Shown here piece by piece: positions 9,428 through 19,748 of a stretch of DNA of 64,000 bases. The notes beneath the pieces were generated by a model. That model worked only from the letters and a program-made list of their open reading frames with translations. It was not told the DNA's origin and did not search any database. The stretch's first letter is position 1. Every line of letters starts with the position of its first letter. Location: positions 18,780 to 82,779 of the forward strand of contig JAADVB010000061.1 in the NCBI GenBank assembly GCA_023334545.1, written 5' to 3'. The position numbers and the translations under genes were made by a program. The DNA is from Salisapilia sapeloensis CBS 127946. Its lineage: Eukaryota; Protista; Oomycota.

Positions 9428-11626
9428 ATGAACTTTCATTTTCTTCTAGCAGCTCTAGTAGCTGCTACAAGTACTACCTTGACACTCGCGTCGGAATCTA
9501 CTTCTGGTAAAGCGGAGCATCTAATAGCACAAGGAGGCGAATGCGTACGTCTGTTCCATAGCCAAGGAGATATTGGTTGTCGGAGCGTCTCGGACGAAGA
9601 GATGGCACCTCTCTACCCTGTACGTACAAAGGACGACTTGGATACGTTCTTCCAACAAGCTTCAGTGAATGATAAGCATGCACTCGTCTTGCCAGAACAC
9701 TTACTATCGTCTCAAGTCTATGACAAAGGCCGAGACGTGATTGCCGGTCTCTTCGTTTATCCGATTTATGGAAATCGTAGCTATGAAGGTCTAGACGACC
9801 ATAAGCTCTCGAACGTCTCGTATGCTTCGACCATGCCACAAGGTCATGGCAGTCCAGACGCTAAGCTCAATCCATTTGCATCGAAAAAAGTCGAATGGAA
9901 TCCGCAGGGTAGAGATCTACTAGATAAATCCGTTCCTTTTCCAGTCGTTCTTTTACAAGATGAAAAAGTAGCAACAGAATATCTCGATCGGGCTGATACA
10001 AACGTACAGGATGGACCTGGCGCGACGTACAAAGCCTATATGAAGTACTACTTTGGTCCGAAAGAAATGAACTCCACGACATGTCTGCTCTTCCGGAACA
10101 TCTACGGCACGAGATCCCCCAAATGTGATCCGATCGGTGGACAAAGCACTTTTGCCTATCGTGGACCGGACAAAGCCAAGGACGTCGTCCTCGTCATGGC
10201 ATCCATGGATGCCACAGCACTCTCCCACGTCCTCACGCCAGGCGCAAACGCCGGCGCCTCCGGTCTCGTCGCGCTCCTCGCAGCAGCCAAAGCGCTTCAG
10301 GCCATCCCGGACAATAAACTTGAAAAACGTCTCGTCTTCACGACGTTCCAAGCTGAGAGCTACGGTTTCGTCGGCTCCCGTCGCTTCTTATCTGACCTCA
10401 AGCACTTTCAGAAGAAGGATGCATGCAAGCATCCAGTAAAAGACTCTTCCTCGATCTTTGGCAGTCAGTTCTGTACCCAGCCAATGCTATCGAGCACAAC
10501 GTTTGCCGATAAATTGTCACTCGACAGCATCTCGTACGCCATTGCAGTCGATCAAGTCGGTCGTCTATCATCTTCGAACAACTTCACTTTGCATTTGAAT
10601 CCAAATAGCAATACCTCCTCCAACCTCCTCGATACGATGCAAAAGGTCCCAGGCGCTAGTTCCCATAAAGTATCTTCAGGATCGACGAACTCTATCCCTC
10701 CTTCTCCTCTACTTTCATTCTTGAATGAAAAAGAGTATGGAGATAAGAAACTAGTCAGTGGTGTCTTCACTGGCTATGACGATGCATTCGTCCAAGGCAT
10801 GTATCACAGTCGTTTTGATACATTAGATGCCGTGGACAGTCAGAACGTCGTGAATGCTGCCCAGATACTTGCTGAAACAGTCTTGACATTAGCGACAGGA
10901 AACGATTCGAGTAGTGACGTAGACAAGGTTGTAGTGGACAAAGAACTAGTAGAGAACTTGATGACGTGTGTCGTCAGCAACTGGACGTGTGATCTCTTCA
11001 CAGAGTACACGCAAAGGTTCTTGGAGTCATCCATCGAGTACATGGGACTCACAGACACTTCCCAACCGACGTACAAGATCCCAGCGACCTTGTACGCTGG
11101 TCCGATGAATGACGACCGGATGATGCTTGTACGAGAGCTATCGGGAGATGGACTCTACCGGACGATGCTCAACGACTCGTGGTCGGATGATAACTACGCT
11201 ATCAATTTGTTCCCGAATGCCTACGAGATGTTCACTCGAGCCTTCTTGGCGTCTGCGATGGCGCCAGGGAAAGATGTCGGGAGTAAGAGTGATGCTGGTG
11301 AGTGCACCAAGAGTCAGGATTGCGATGGGCATGGCAAGGAGTGCGTCTATCCTGGCGTTTGTGCTACTCAACAAGCCTTCTTCCATGAAGCACTGTCTCC
11401 TGGTCTCCAACGCACTGACCAGTTGATGGAGTTCGATGTCATCGATGACTCCATGCCACTCTGGACGGAACCGACGTGGGCAGCAGACATTGGTTCGTAC
11501 GTTTTCCCGGATCCAGGGCCAGTCGTCGGATGGGTGGCACTTGCTGTCGGTGTCGTAGTGACGATCGTAGGTGTCTTTGCTGCTCGCTTCGTCCTTGGCG
11601 CCGTCGAGAAACGGAAACTGCTTTAA
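9428..11626 (+). CDS. NCSTN: Nicastrin (gamma-secretase subunit)
   Basis: Signal peptide MNFHFLLAA; CVRLF....IGCRS; KCDPIGGQS; M28-like ASMD...PGA..GASGLVALL; FQAESYGFVGSRRFL; LWTEPTW followed by a C-terminal TM helix. Confidence 0.93.
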   Translation: MNFHFLLAALVAATSTTLTLASESTSGKAEHLIAQGGECVRLFHSQGDIGCRSVSDEEMAPLYPVRTKDDLDTFFQQASVNDKHALVLPEHLLSSQVYDKGRDVIAGLFVYPIYGNRSYEGLDDHKLSNVSYASTMPQGHGSPDAKLNPFASKKVEWNPQGRDLLDKSVPFPVVLLQDEKVATEYLDRADTNVQDGPGATYKAYMKYYFGPKEMNSTTCLLFRNIYGTRSPKCDPIGGQSTFAYRGPDKAKDVVLVMASMDATALSHVLTPGANAGASGLVALLAAAKALQAIPDNKLEKRLVFTTFQAESYGFVGSRRFLSDLKHFQKKDACKHPVKDSSSIFGSQFCTQPMLSSTTFADKLSLDSISYAIAVDQVGRLSSSNNFTLHLNPNSNTSSNLLDTMQKVPGASSHKVSSGSTNSIPPSPLLSFLNEKEYGDKKLVSGVFTGYDDAFVQGMYHSRFDTLDAVDSQNVVNAAQILAETVLTLATGNDSSSDVDKVVVDKELVENLMTCVVSNWTCDLFTEYTQRFLESSIEYMGLTDTSQPTYKIPATLYAGPMNDDRMMLVRELSGDGLYRTMLNDSWSDDNYAINLFPNAYEMFTRAFLASAMAPGKDVGSKSDAGECTKSQDCDGHGKECVYPGVCATQQAFFHEALSPGLQRTDQLMEFDVIDDSMPLWTEPTWAADIGSYVFPDPGPVVGWVALAVGVVVTIVGVFAARFVLGAVEKRKLL

Positions 11627-11706
11627 CTTTCTTTGAATACAAGACAAATGACAAACGCATTCGAGTGTTGCGGAAGAGTTTCGTACATTGATAGACATGC
11701 CTAGTC

Positions 11707-13104
11707 TTATGTGTCTACTTGCTGGTCATCTCGATCTCCAGCTTCCAATCCGTCCAAGTTTCCAAGTTCGCCACCTTGGAAGTCAACATCTGCTCCGTCC
11801 ATAGGACGAGCACCCATTGGAGCAATGTCTGCTGTGCCATAGCAAGCACAGTCTCCTTCACAAGCAAAGCATGCGACGAGGACGATGGACAGGAAGAAGA
11901 GGAAGAGGACCATGTCGGTGTAAAAGAAGACCATGCCTTGCATGTACTCGTCTGGAGATAGTCTCTCGTTCATGCAAAGAGCATCGTAGGAGAACCACAT
12001 GACTAGCAACAACGTTCCACCGAGAGAAATGGCTAATTCGATCGTTGTCACTTGACCTTCTAAAGCTGTAAAGTAGATGATTAAAGCGACAATAGCTACA
12101 ATCGTATAGGACGTCAGGAGGAGTGCTGGGTACGTAATAAGGTGCTTCGAAGACTGAAAAATTTCTAATGTCTCTTGGATCACACTATGCTCATCTTCTA
12201 CGTGTTCATCTTCTGAACCTTGCATTTGGACAACTGCATTCGGCTCGATCTCATGATTTGATTTTTGCTCCTTTGTGGATTCTATAGGTTGTGATGGCTG
12301 GATCTTGGTTCTAGTGATCGTGCACAAGACCGTCGTGAGGCCCATGATACCTAAGAGGATGCAGGAAATGAATGCAGTTGCATTTGCATCGAAATACGCA
12401 TCACAGCCGGCAAAAAAGACGCTTTGGAAGAGCGTGTAGATGACGAGTACGATGAAATTCCAAGGATAGCGATACTTTAAGAGGTAGAGTGCGAGGAGAC
12501 CGGCAATCATGATGGCGAAAGCTCCGAACAAGTAACCCAGATCACCAGCAAACGTTGACTCAAACCACGATTCAAAAGGATCTACGGATCGAAAGACAGT
12601 CAAGAGAGCTACGACGGTGAATAGTTGGAGTGTGAATAGCATGAACAACTTGCGTCGAAACCCTTGCTGGATTTCCACTGGCATATGGATGACTGCAAAC
12701 GGGTCATCCAGAAGATTGGATCCGGTTTGAAAGACAGAGAGCGAGATCACCGTCCGTGATTCCATCAAGTTGGACTCAAACTGTCGTTTGATAGTTTCAA
12801 AAAACTTTTGCTCCTTCTCAGTCGCTCCTGTCTCCTTTTGTTTCGTCTTCAAATGATTAAGTAGTATCGTTCCTCGACGATAATGTTGTCGTTGTTTCGG
12901 CGATTCATTCGTATTATTCACATCTTTTCGACTCAACAGCCTTGATATTCGATCTGTTAACGATGCAGACCTCGCTTCTTGCTCTTCCGTGATAACATTT
13001 ACATTCTCTTCTTCCATCTCCCACGTAGCTCGAACCGGTGGTCGGACCTGATCTACATCGTCCGATTGCACATTCTGATCGCCTTTTTTCTCCATCTCCA
13101 TCAT
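11707..13104 (-). CDS. Bax inhibitor-1 / Lifeguard (TMBIM) family membrane protein with long N-terminal extension
   Basis: IQQGFRRKLFMLFTLQL, KYRYPWNFIVLVIYT, YDALCM...LSPDEYMQGMVFFYTD (Lifeguard-type C-terminal di-Asp region). Confidence 0.88.
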   Translation of the reverse strand: MMEMEKKGDQNVQSDDVDQVRPPVRATWEMEEENVNVITEEQEARSASLTDRISRLLSRKDVNNTNESPKQRQHYRRGTILLNHLKTKQKETGATEKEQKFFETIKRQFESNLMESRTVISLSVFQTGSNLLDDPFAVIHMPVEIQQGFRRKLFMLFTLQLFTVVALLTVFRSVDPFESWFESTFAGDLGYLFGAFAIMIAGLLALYLLKYRYPWNFIVLVIYTLFQSVFFAGCDAYFDANATAFISCILLGIMGLTTVLCTITRTKIQPSQPIESTKEQKSNHEIEPNAVVQMQGSEDEHVEDEHSVIQETLEIFQSSKHLITYPALLLTSYTIVAIVALIIYFTALEGQVTTIELAISLGGTLLLVMWFSYDALCMNERLSPDEYMQGMVFFYTDMVLFLFFLSIVLVACFACEGDCACYGTADIAPMGARPMDGADVDFQGGELGNLDGLEAGDRDDQQVDT

Positions 13105-13317
13105 CGTAAGTTTCTACAAAGCAATCTCTATCAATTCACGAGACTACTAGCAACCACAACATGGAAAACGGTCGACAGACAACCTATTAATAGTTTATAC
13201 TTGAAATCTAGCTACTTTCTACCTATAGGAGCTCGTAATCTGCGATTGGACGAAATACGACACCTCGCAGACACATCTGCGAAACTACGCTCATAGCATT
13301 TTCTCCTCCTTGTGCCC

Positions 13318-15057
13318 ATGGACGATTCGAGTGATCAGGAGAAGGAGAAGGAGAACTTTTCTTCGAGTCGTCGACTAGGAAAGAAAGTCTTGCATGAGAT
13401 TAAGAGCGTCGCGCGTATGAGTCCAGCGCATACACCGAGGGAAAGCCCGACCTCTCCACCAGATCTGAGTGCATCCAAAAGTCCGCTCGAACTGCCCCCG
13501 CAGGAAGACGTGTCGGACAGTGACGACGAGAATGAAGATTTACGTGAACAATTTAAAGCACAGCACCACAAGTTCCATACGGATGGGTCGTTAGACATTA
13601 AAGGTATGACGTCCCCTCCGAACTCTGGTCCGAAACCCAAGACATGTGCCTTATGCCATCGATCCTTCACGGTCTTTCGAGCGAAACACACTTGCCAGCT
13701 CTGTCATCGTCGTGTCTGCGACGACTGTAGCAAGAGTCGAGTGCGACTGTACATGCCTCGAGAACGCAAACGAGGATCGAGACTCTGTGATCCGTGTGCT
13801 AAAAGCATACACGCAACCGGCTCTCCTCGTGTCTCGGACTTGGCACCGACGGAGCAAGGGCAACTCGCGCGTCGAAAGTCTCTACCGAACACAGCAGACG
13901 CGTCACCTCCGCTACTACATCGTCGAAACAGTAGTGCCGACTTGACGCCTCGCACGAGTGAAGTAAAGGACGAGAATGGCGTCACGAGAGTACGTCGGTC
14001 GACGTCGGCGCCATTGCAACCGACGCTAAGCGTGACGTGGGAACGAAAGATAAACACATGGATGAACAAACTGAGTGCATCGGACATGAATGATCCGACG
14101 CATCTACGTAGTCGACATCGGCTGCCGTTTCTACTAGTCTGTGGCTGTATCCTACTCCGTCTTGCGATTGCTGATGCACCGATTATCGGCGAATCCTTCT
14201 GGCTTGTCGAAACGTTAGACTGGTTTCTATCTTTACGTCTCGTCGTGTCCTACCTCTTGGCACTCATCCTCTTTGATGAGTTCTTTACGCAGGAAGAGAG
14301 CCGACGACCTCGACGAAGGAAGAGCTCGGCTGTCCCGACTCGTACGTCACAAACGAATGGGGAACCGGAAGAAGAGATTCAAGTCGATACGGGAGAAGAA
14401 AAGATGGAGGAGAATCTCAGCTTTGAGAAACTCGTCTATCGACTTGCAGAGTGCGTCGAACGTCGGACGCCGCAAGGAGAATTGACCATGGGTGCATTCA
14501 TGGAAGCTTGCAACCACACCTGTAGCTTTGTGCTTGTCTTTGGTCGAGCGACGTCGTTTGCTGCGAGTACCGTTGGCGGGTACATCGAGACTGTGCACAA
14601 GAATGTGGCGCAATGGCCCGAACCAGAGACGGGAGCGTGGGATACCATGAGCTTGCGGTCGATCATCGAGCACGAAGTGGACGAACAGGTCGCAACAATC
14701 GGTGGCAAGAAGCAACCGTCCTGCTGTCGTTGTATCCTTCGTCTTCTCTGGTTCCTACAGTTTGTCCAAGCATGCATCAAGTACACAATGCTTGAGTCAG
14801 AGAGTGAGAACTGTGCTGCTGGTGCGACCAAAGCGTACGAAGAGACATTGGGGAAGAGACATCCGTGGATCATCCGCAAGGGTGTCGTCAGTGCATTTGG
14901 TACGATTCCCACTCGCTCGGATTTGATACGGGAGATGCATGTGGATGAACTTCCGGACGGCTTCGACAGTGTCCGGTTGACGCAGGAAAGGATGGAGCGG
15001 ATTGCGATTGAGGTGGAGAAGTTGATGCAGAAGCATGACCTGTTGGACATTAAATAG
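13318..15057 (+). CDS. FYVE zinc finger + TM + glycolipid transfer protein (GLTP) domain protein
   Basis: CALC..CQLC..VCDDCS..LCDPC (13645-13800); hydrophobic segments; GLTP motifs RCILRLLWFLQF, AYEETLGKRHPWIIR. Confidence 0.88.
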   Translation: MDDSSDQEKEKENFSSSRRLGKKVLHEIKSVARMSPAHTPRESPTSPPDLSASKSPLELPPQEDVSDSDDENEDLREQFKAQHHKFHTDGSLDIKGMTSPPNSGPKPKTCALCHRSFTVFRAKHTCQLCHRRVCDDCSKSRVRLYMPRERKRGSRLCDPCAKSIHATGSPRVSDLAPTEQGQLARRKSLPNTADASPPLLHRRNSSADLTPRTSEVKDENGVTRVRRSTSAPLQPTLSVTWERKINTWMNKLSASDMNDPTHLRSRHRLPFLLVCGCILLRLAIADAPIIGESFWLVETLDWFLSLRLVVSYLLALILFDEFFTQEESRRPRRRKSSAVPTRTSQTNGEPEEEIQVDTGEEKMEENLSFEKLVYRLAECVERRTPQGELTMGAFMEACNHTCSFVLVFGRATSFAASTVGGYIETVHKNVAQWPEPETGAWDTMSLRSIIEHEVDEQVATIGGKKQPSCCRCILRLLWFLQFVQACIKYTMLESESENCAAGATKAYEETLGKRHPWIIRKGVVSAFGTIPTRSDLIREMHVDELPDGFDSVRLTQERMERIAIEVEKLMQKHDLLDIK

Positions 15058-15206
15058 ACGTTGAATTACTTTCAGTGAACTGACAAGATACGAATCATTC
15101 CTTGCAGGCAATGGTCTTTGTTTGTCGATTTGTTTCTTAATAATATCACATGCAAAAGAGAATCCGTCCTTACGCTTGGGGGAACTCTTGCTTTTGGCCA
15201 ATGGAT

Positions 15207-15716
15207 TTAAGCAGACGAAGAAGCCTTCTTCGTTTCCTCCGCAGCTTCGTTCGTCAAACTCTTCGACTGATAGTCCTTGATCGCAGCCTTAATCGCGTCC
15301 TCGGCGAGCATCGAGCAGTGGAGCTTGACAGGCGGCAGCTTCAAGTGGCTGGCAATATCCGTGTTCTTAATCTTGAGCGAATCGTCAACAGTCTTGCCCT
15401 TGAGCCACTCGGTCACAACAGACGAGGACGCAATGGCCGATCCGCAGCCAAACGTCTTGAATTTGGAGTTGACGATGCGGCCCTCGTCGTCCACTTCGAT
15501 CTGGAGCTTCATGACGTCACCGCAAGCAGGCGCGCCGACGAGTCCCGTGCCGACGTTCTTGGCATTCTTGTCGAGCGACCCGACGTTGCGCGGGTTCTCG
15601 TAGTGGTCAATCACATTGTCATGGTACAGACGCGTGGTGCCGGCGTTCATTGGGGCAGATGCAACCGCCGGACGGGATGCCGTGAGAGAACGTTTGAAAG
15701 CAGCGCGCGCGAGCAT
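15207..15716 (-). CDS. ISCU: Mitochondrial Fe-S cluster scaffold protein
   Basis: YHDNVIDHYENPRNVGSLD, GAPACGDVMKLQI, FKTFGCGSAIASSS, LPPVKLHCSMLAEDAIKAA. Confidence 0.98.
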   Translation of the reverse strand: MLARAAFKRSLTASRPAVASAPMNAGTTRLYHDNVIDHYENPRNVGSLDKNAKNVGTGLVGAPACGDVMKLQIEVDDEGRIVNSKFKTFGCGSAIASSSVVTEWLKGKTVDDSLKIKNTDIASHLKLPPVKLHCSMLAEDAIKAAIKDYQSKSLTNEAAEETKKASSSA

Positions 15717-15760
15717 GGTTGAGAATTGAAGTTTTCCGGTAGTCTTGGGATGCGCGGAGA

Positions 15761-15776
15761 AAATCTAAAAGTGAGC
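15761..15776 (-). promoter_or_regulatory. Oomycete INR+FPR core promoter element of ISCU
   Basis: The minus strand reads GCTCACTTTTAGATTT, matching the oomycete consensus GCTCAYTYBNNNWTTY, 45 nt upstream of the ATG. Confidence 0.6.
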
Positions 15777-16251
15777 AAAAAGCAACGGAGCAAATAGCTC
15801 CAGGTCGGACAGCTACAGTTTACTACTAAACCTTTTAATAAGATAATTTTGTGACTGCGTTTACTGATATTGAGAAAGTAATATAGAAAAATGTAGTTGG
15901 TAGCTTCTTCTAAAGAGGTTATAAGGTGATAGAGTTGGGAGAAGACGCGTGTGCCCAGCCAATCAAATGCTTGTTAAACAACATTTTTTTCTCGTTTTCT
16001 TTCCGTTCCCCTTGGAATTTGCGCAATGAAGTGGCTAGTAGATGGCTTTTTATTGGAAAATGAGCAGGATGATTGCGCCAAATGACTAGTTTAATGGCAT
16101 AAGAGGAGGATGCGTCGGAGACGTCGGACACGTGCCGGCGATCTGCACTTGACCAATCCCGTCATGTCAGCTGACTAAATTCCGGCGGTCCATGCAAATG
16201 TTTGGACGTAACGATGTTTTTACGTAGACAAGTACCAGAGTATACCTCTGC

Positions 16252-17260
16252 CTAGTTATATGTAGGAGTGGAATATATGGAATTGGGAAGAAATGCATTG
16301 CTTAACACGCGCCTCGTGCGTTTACCGTACTGCGTGACGTCCAGTGAGATAAACATATTGAAGTAGCCATAAAGCATTTCATTCGAAACTGTCAAGAAAA
16401 AGTCGAATGTGTCATGTCTGAATGGAAAGGTTGTACTGTGCCTAGCATCTTGTGGATGATAGGTATGGTGGTAGGCTAACATGGTCCTTGCATTGCCTTT
16501 GCTATTGCTTATGTTAAACATGCTTTGCTACAAATTTGAAATCGTACTGTGTATTCCTTCAAGACGACTTTGGATGAACACAACTGCATCAGGATCAAAT
16601 CGCACATTTCAATACTGCAGTCTCAGAGTCAGTCACTAGGACGACTTAGATCATATCTAATTCTCTTACCACTTCAGCACAGGACGGCATAACGGGACTA
16701 CTTTCCAATCTTTCGTGTGGAGATGTATCTCAATTACATAATGGAGATGCTTTAAATGAGGTAGGATATGAATACTGGAAGCTTGATCTGCTATCTCTGA
16801 ATCTACATCTACAAAGGAAGCAATGCTCTACGATCAACTTGCATATCATCTACACCGAAAGCGACAGCAAATACATGTTACCAGACATCTCATTCTTGAC
16901 TCTTGTCTTCCTAGCATACAAATCATTCACTGCTCCAACAAAACACTACATGCACACTCGATCCATTGCTTTTATATCCAAACTCCATTTCGTTCCTGTC
17001 TAGCGTGAACAACGCAGCATACCGCTGGTACGCTGTACACGCCACCAAAGCACTGCAGTAGATGAATATAGCACTACCGACACAAAAGCTAGACAATATT
17101 CTCGAGGGAACACAAGACGAATATTAATACTCCAGTCCTCAAACTTATCGTCTAGCATCAAGTGCGACGTATTCATGTCATTTCGCTGTTCGAATACAAC
17201 GGCGCCATCTTCGTATCTGCGACTCACATACAAATTCCAAGTCAAACTCGACTCGGACAC
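16252..17260 (-). other. Unresolved multi-exon or decayed membrane-protein gene
   Basis: Two ORF pieces (17000-17260 with a hydrophobic stretch, and 16252-16521) and several GTATG/GTAAC donors. I could not build a consistent gene model. Confidence 0.25.
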
Positions 17261-17269
17261 TTCACGAAA

Positions 17270-18028
17270 ATGGACATTTCACGGAGTATGAGCTCGCCGA
17301 TGGCCTCCTTGCACTCGCTAGACCGACCTCTACGTCGAGAGAGAGACCCGGTATCCTCTTCCCAGCCATTTTACCCACCCATCAGTAATAACCGCATCCA
17401 ACACTGCAGGTGAGCCTCAGTGCTTTCTCCTTCCTCTTCTCCGAAATGGTCCAATACATCCAAGGTCGCGTCCAGAACATCTCCGATCTAGAAACTCGGT
17501 ACGCCTCATACTCGGACGTCTACTAGAGTATATGCCAATGTAGTGTAGACTCGACGAAACAGGCTTTGACGTCGGCGTTCGTGTCATTGAGCTGCTCAAT
17601 TATCGTGAAAAGTCTAATCGAGACACTCGTCTCTTGGGCATGCTACAAGTACATTTCATCCGTCTCTCTCATCTCTACCTTTTCTTATCAAACCTACATA
17701 GTTCATCACGTCCACAGTCTGGAAAAACCTGTTTGGCAAAGTCGCTGATTCCCTCGAACGCAGTACCGAGAACGAAGACGAGTACATGATCCACGAGTCC
17801 GAGCCGATCACGAATACCTTTGTCTCAGTCCCGACAGACCTCGGGGAACTCGATTGTGCAGCGTACATCGCCGGTATCCTCCGAGGCATCCTCTCTAGCA
17901 GTGGCTTCTCAGCCCACGTCACGGCACATGCCGTCGACAGTGCACAGCCAGGAGGCTTACGAGAGAAGACGGTGTTCCTCATCAAGTTTAGTGACGATGT
18001 CTTGCGTCGAGAGAAAGTGTTAACCTAG
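17270..18028 (+). CDS. TRAPPC5: TRAPP complex subunit 5 (Trs31)
   Basis: Spliced product VSLSAFSFLFSEMVQY.Q.RV..ISDLE.RL...GFDVGVRVIEL; VWKNLFGKVADSLERS.ENEDEYMI; LDCAAYIAGI. Three introns. Confidence 0.93.
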
Positions 18029-18082
18029 CAACTTGGTCTAAAAGACTCGAAAGCAACGTTTGTTCGTGTTTAAATATCGAGT

Positions 18083-19513
18083 CTACTCCATGATCGTGTC
18101 TTGCGTTGATGGTGTCTGCCACGTCCCATAGTCCGGACGTTCGGCGGCGGCATATTCATCTCGAATACTCTCGACAACTTCTCTCGAATCATCAAATTCA
18201 TCTAAACTATTCGCAAACATCGGCATCTTGCGATAATTATCAATGAACGCATTATTCTTTTTCAACCGATCGTACTGTAATAACGATTTCTTAAACAGCT
18301 ACAAGTAGATGAGTACTTTTGCGTTCGACATAGGATAATATGAAAGAAGAGGACGTACTTGAGCGATACTCGTGTGATTCGCGAGCATTAAGCCACTGAC
18401 TTTATGTGCCGATTCGACGTACGGAGACTTTTTACTCAACGCGACTTGGATGGATGCTGGTCCCCACGGAATGAAAGTCGCGAGCTTACGCTCACGAATG
18501 CGCTGGAGAGACTTGTGGACTTGCGTCGGATCCACGTCGCCCTGGATGACGTTTAGAATCGACATGTAACACCCGGTCTTGGTGCTCGCGGACACCATAA
18601 TGTTCTTTGGCTGTAGTAAGCGACGCATTACATCTAAGACAGACGTCTTGCGGACGACTTGAGACGTCTGAGTCTCGACTGTCAATGGCGTGTATCCTGT
18701 CATGAGGAAATGGGCGCGTGGCGTCGGAATAAGCGATGCCACTAGACCCACGAGATCGTTATTCATGTATCCTGGATATCTCAAAGTCGTTGTGGATGCT
18801 GCCATGACAGTAGAGACGAGAGAATTAAGCTGCGAGACGGTTGGGTTGGATAGACGCAGTCGATCGACTGCGATGCGGTTCAGAGCAGTGTTATCTAGGA
18901 CGACGACGCAGTCTGTGTTTTGAACTAAACGCTTTAACGTCAAGACAGAGTTGTATGGCTGGACGACCACGTCGCTCTGCATACTGCCTTGATTCGGAAA
19001 GACAGAGTATGTTTGTATAAGCTTTTTCGGAAAATGATCGTTTAACTGTTCTAAGAGATATGAGCCCATGCCGGAGCCTGTGCCTCCAGCGATGGAATGG
19101 CAGAGGACGAAGCCTTCGAGACTGTCGGATCCATCAGCCTCTCGATCGATCATGTCCATTAACGTATCATGCTGCCTCTCGGCCTGGTCATACCCGGATG
19201 CCCAGTTATTTCCAGCTCCACCACCTTCTTGAGAGACGAAGAAGTTTTCTGGATTGTACAGATTCTTATATCCAGATGACTGGATCGAATTGATGACACG
19301 AGGCTCGAGGTCCATGAGCAATGCTCTTGGAATATAATGCTCATCATCTGCTTGGTAGAAAAACACATCCTTTCGGTCCTGTCCTGGGACCGCATGCTCT
19401 TCCAACTTACCTTCTGGTGAGATGCCATGCTCCGTACATAGCTGCTTCCAAAACTCCATGCCTACTTGGTTGCCACATTGGCCAGCTTGCAGCGTAATAA
19501 TCTCTCGAGGCAT
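18083..19513 (-). CDS. TUBG1: Gamma-tubulin
   Basis: [41 protein letters not shown]. Intron 18299-18358. C-terminus [15 protein letters not shown]. Confidence 0.98.
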
Positions 19514-19748
19514 CCTACCGTCTATCAATCGACTTTTCATGCATTTTGGTCGTTCATTCCTTCTTTTCATTGGTTTAAACTAGTTCTCTTAAGCGTAGTT
19601 AACTGGTAGAAATAAGTATGTCTGGAACTGATGTTGATTGGATAAAATGAACACCTCCAATATCTGATATCGAATAGGATGCGTCGGAGATCGTCGGAAA
19701 ATTCGAAGATCGAGCAATCGGCACAGCAGAAAGCATCCAGTAGTCAGC

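Noticed and set aside
15150-15722. Plus-strand ORFs overlapping ISCU, and similar ones over the permease, BRF1 and the F-box gene
   Set aside because: These are antisense or alternative frames of well-supported genes, with no independent motifs.
16068-16176. Possible C/D snoRNA (GATGATT...CTGA) and a GTCAGCTGAC palindrome
   Set aside because: The C box is imperfect, and there is no terminal stem or recognisable rRNA guide.
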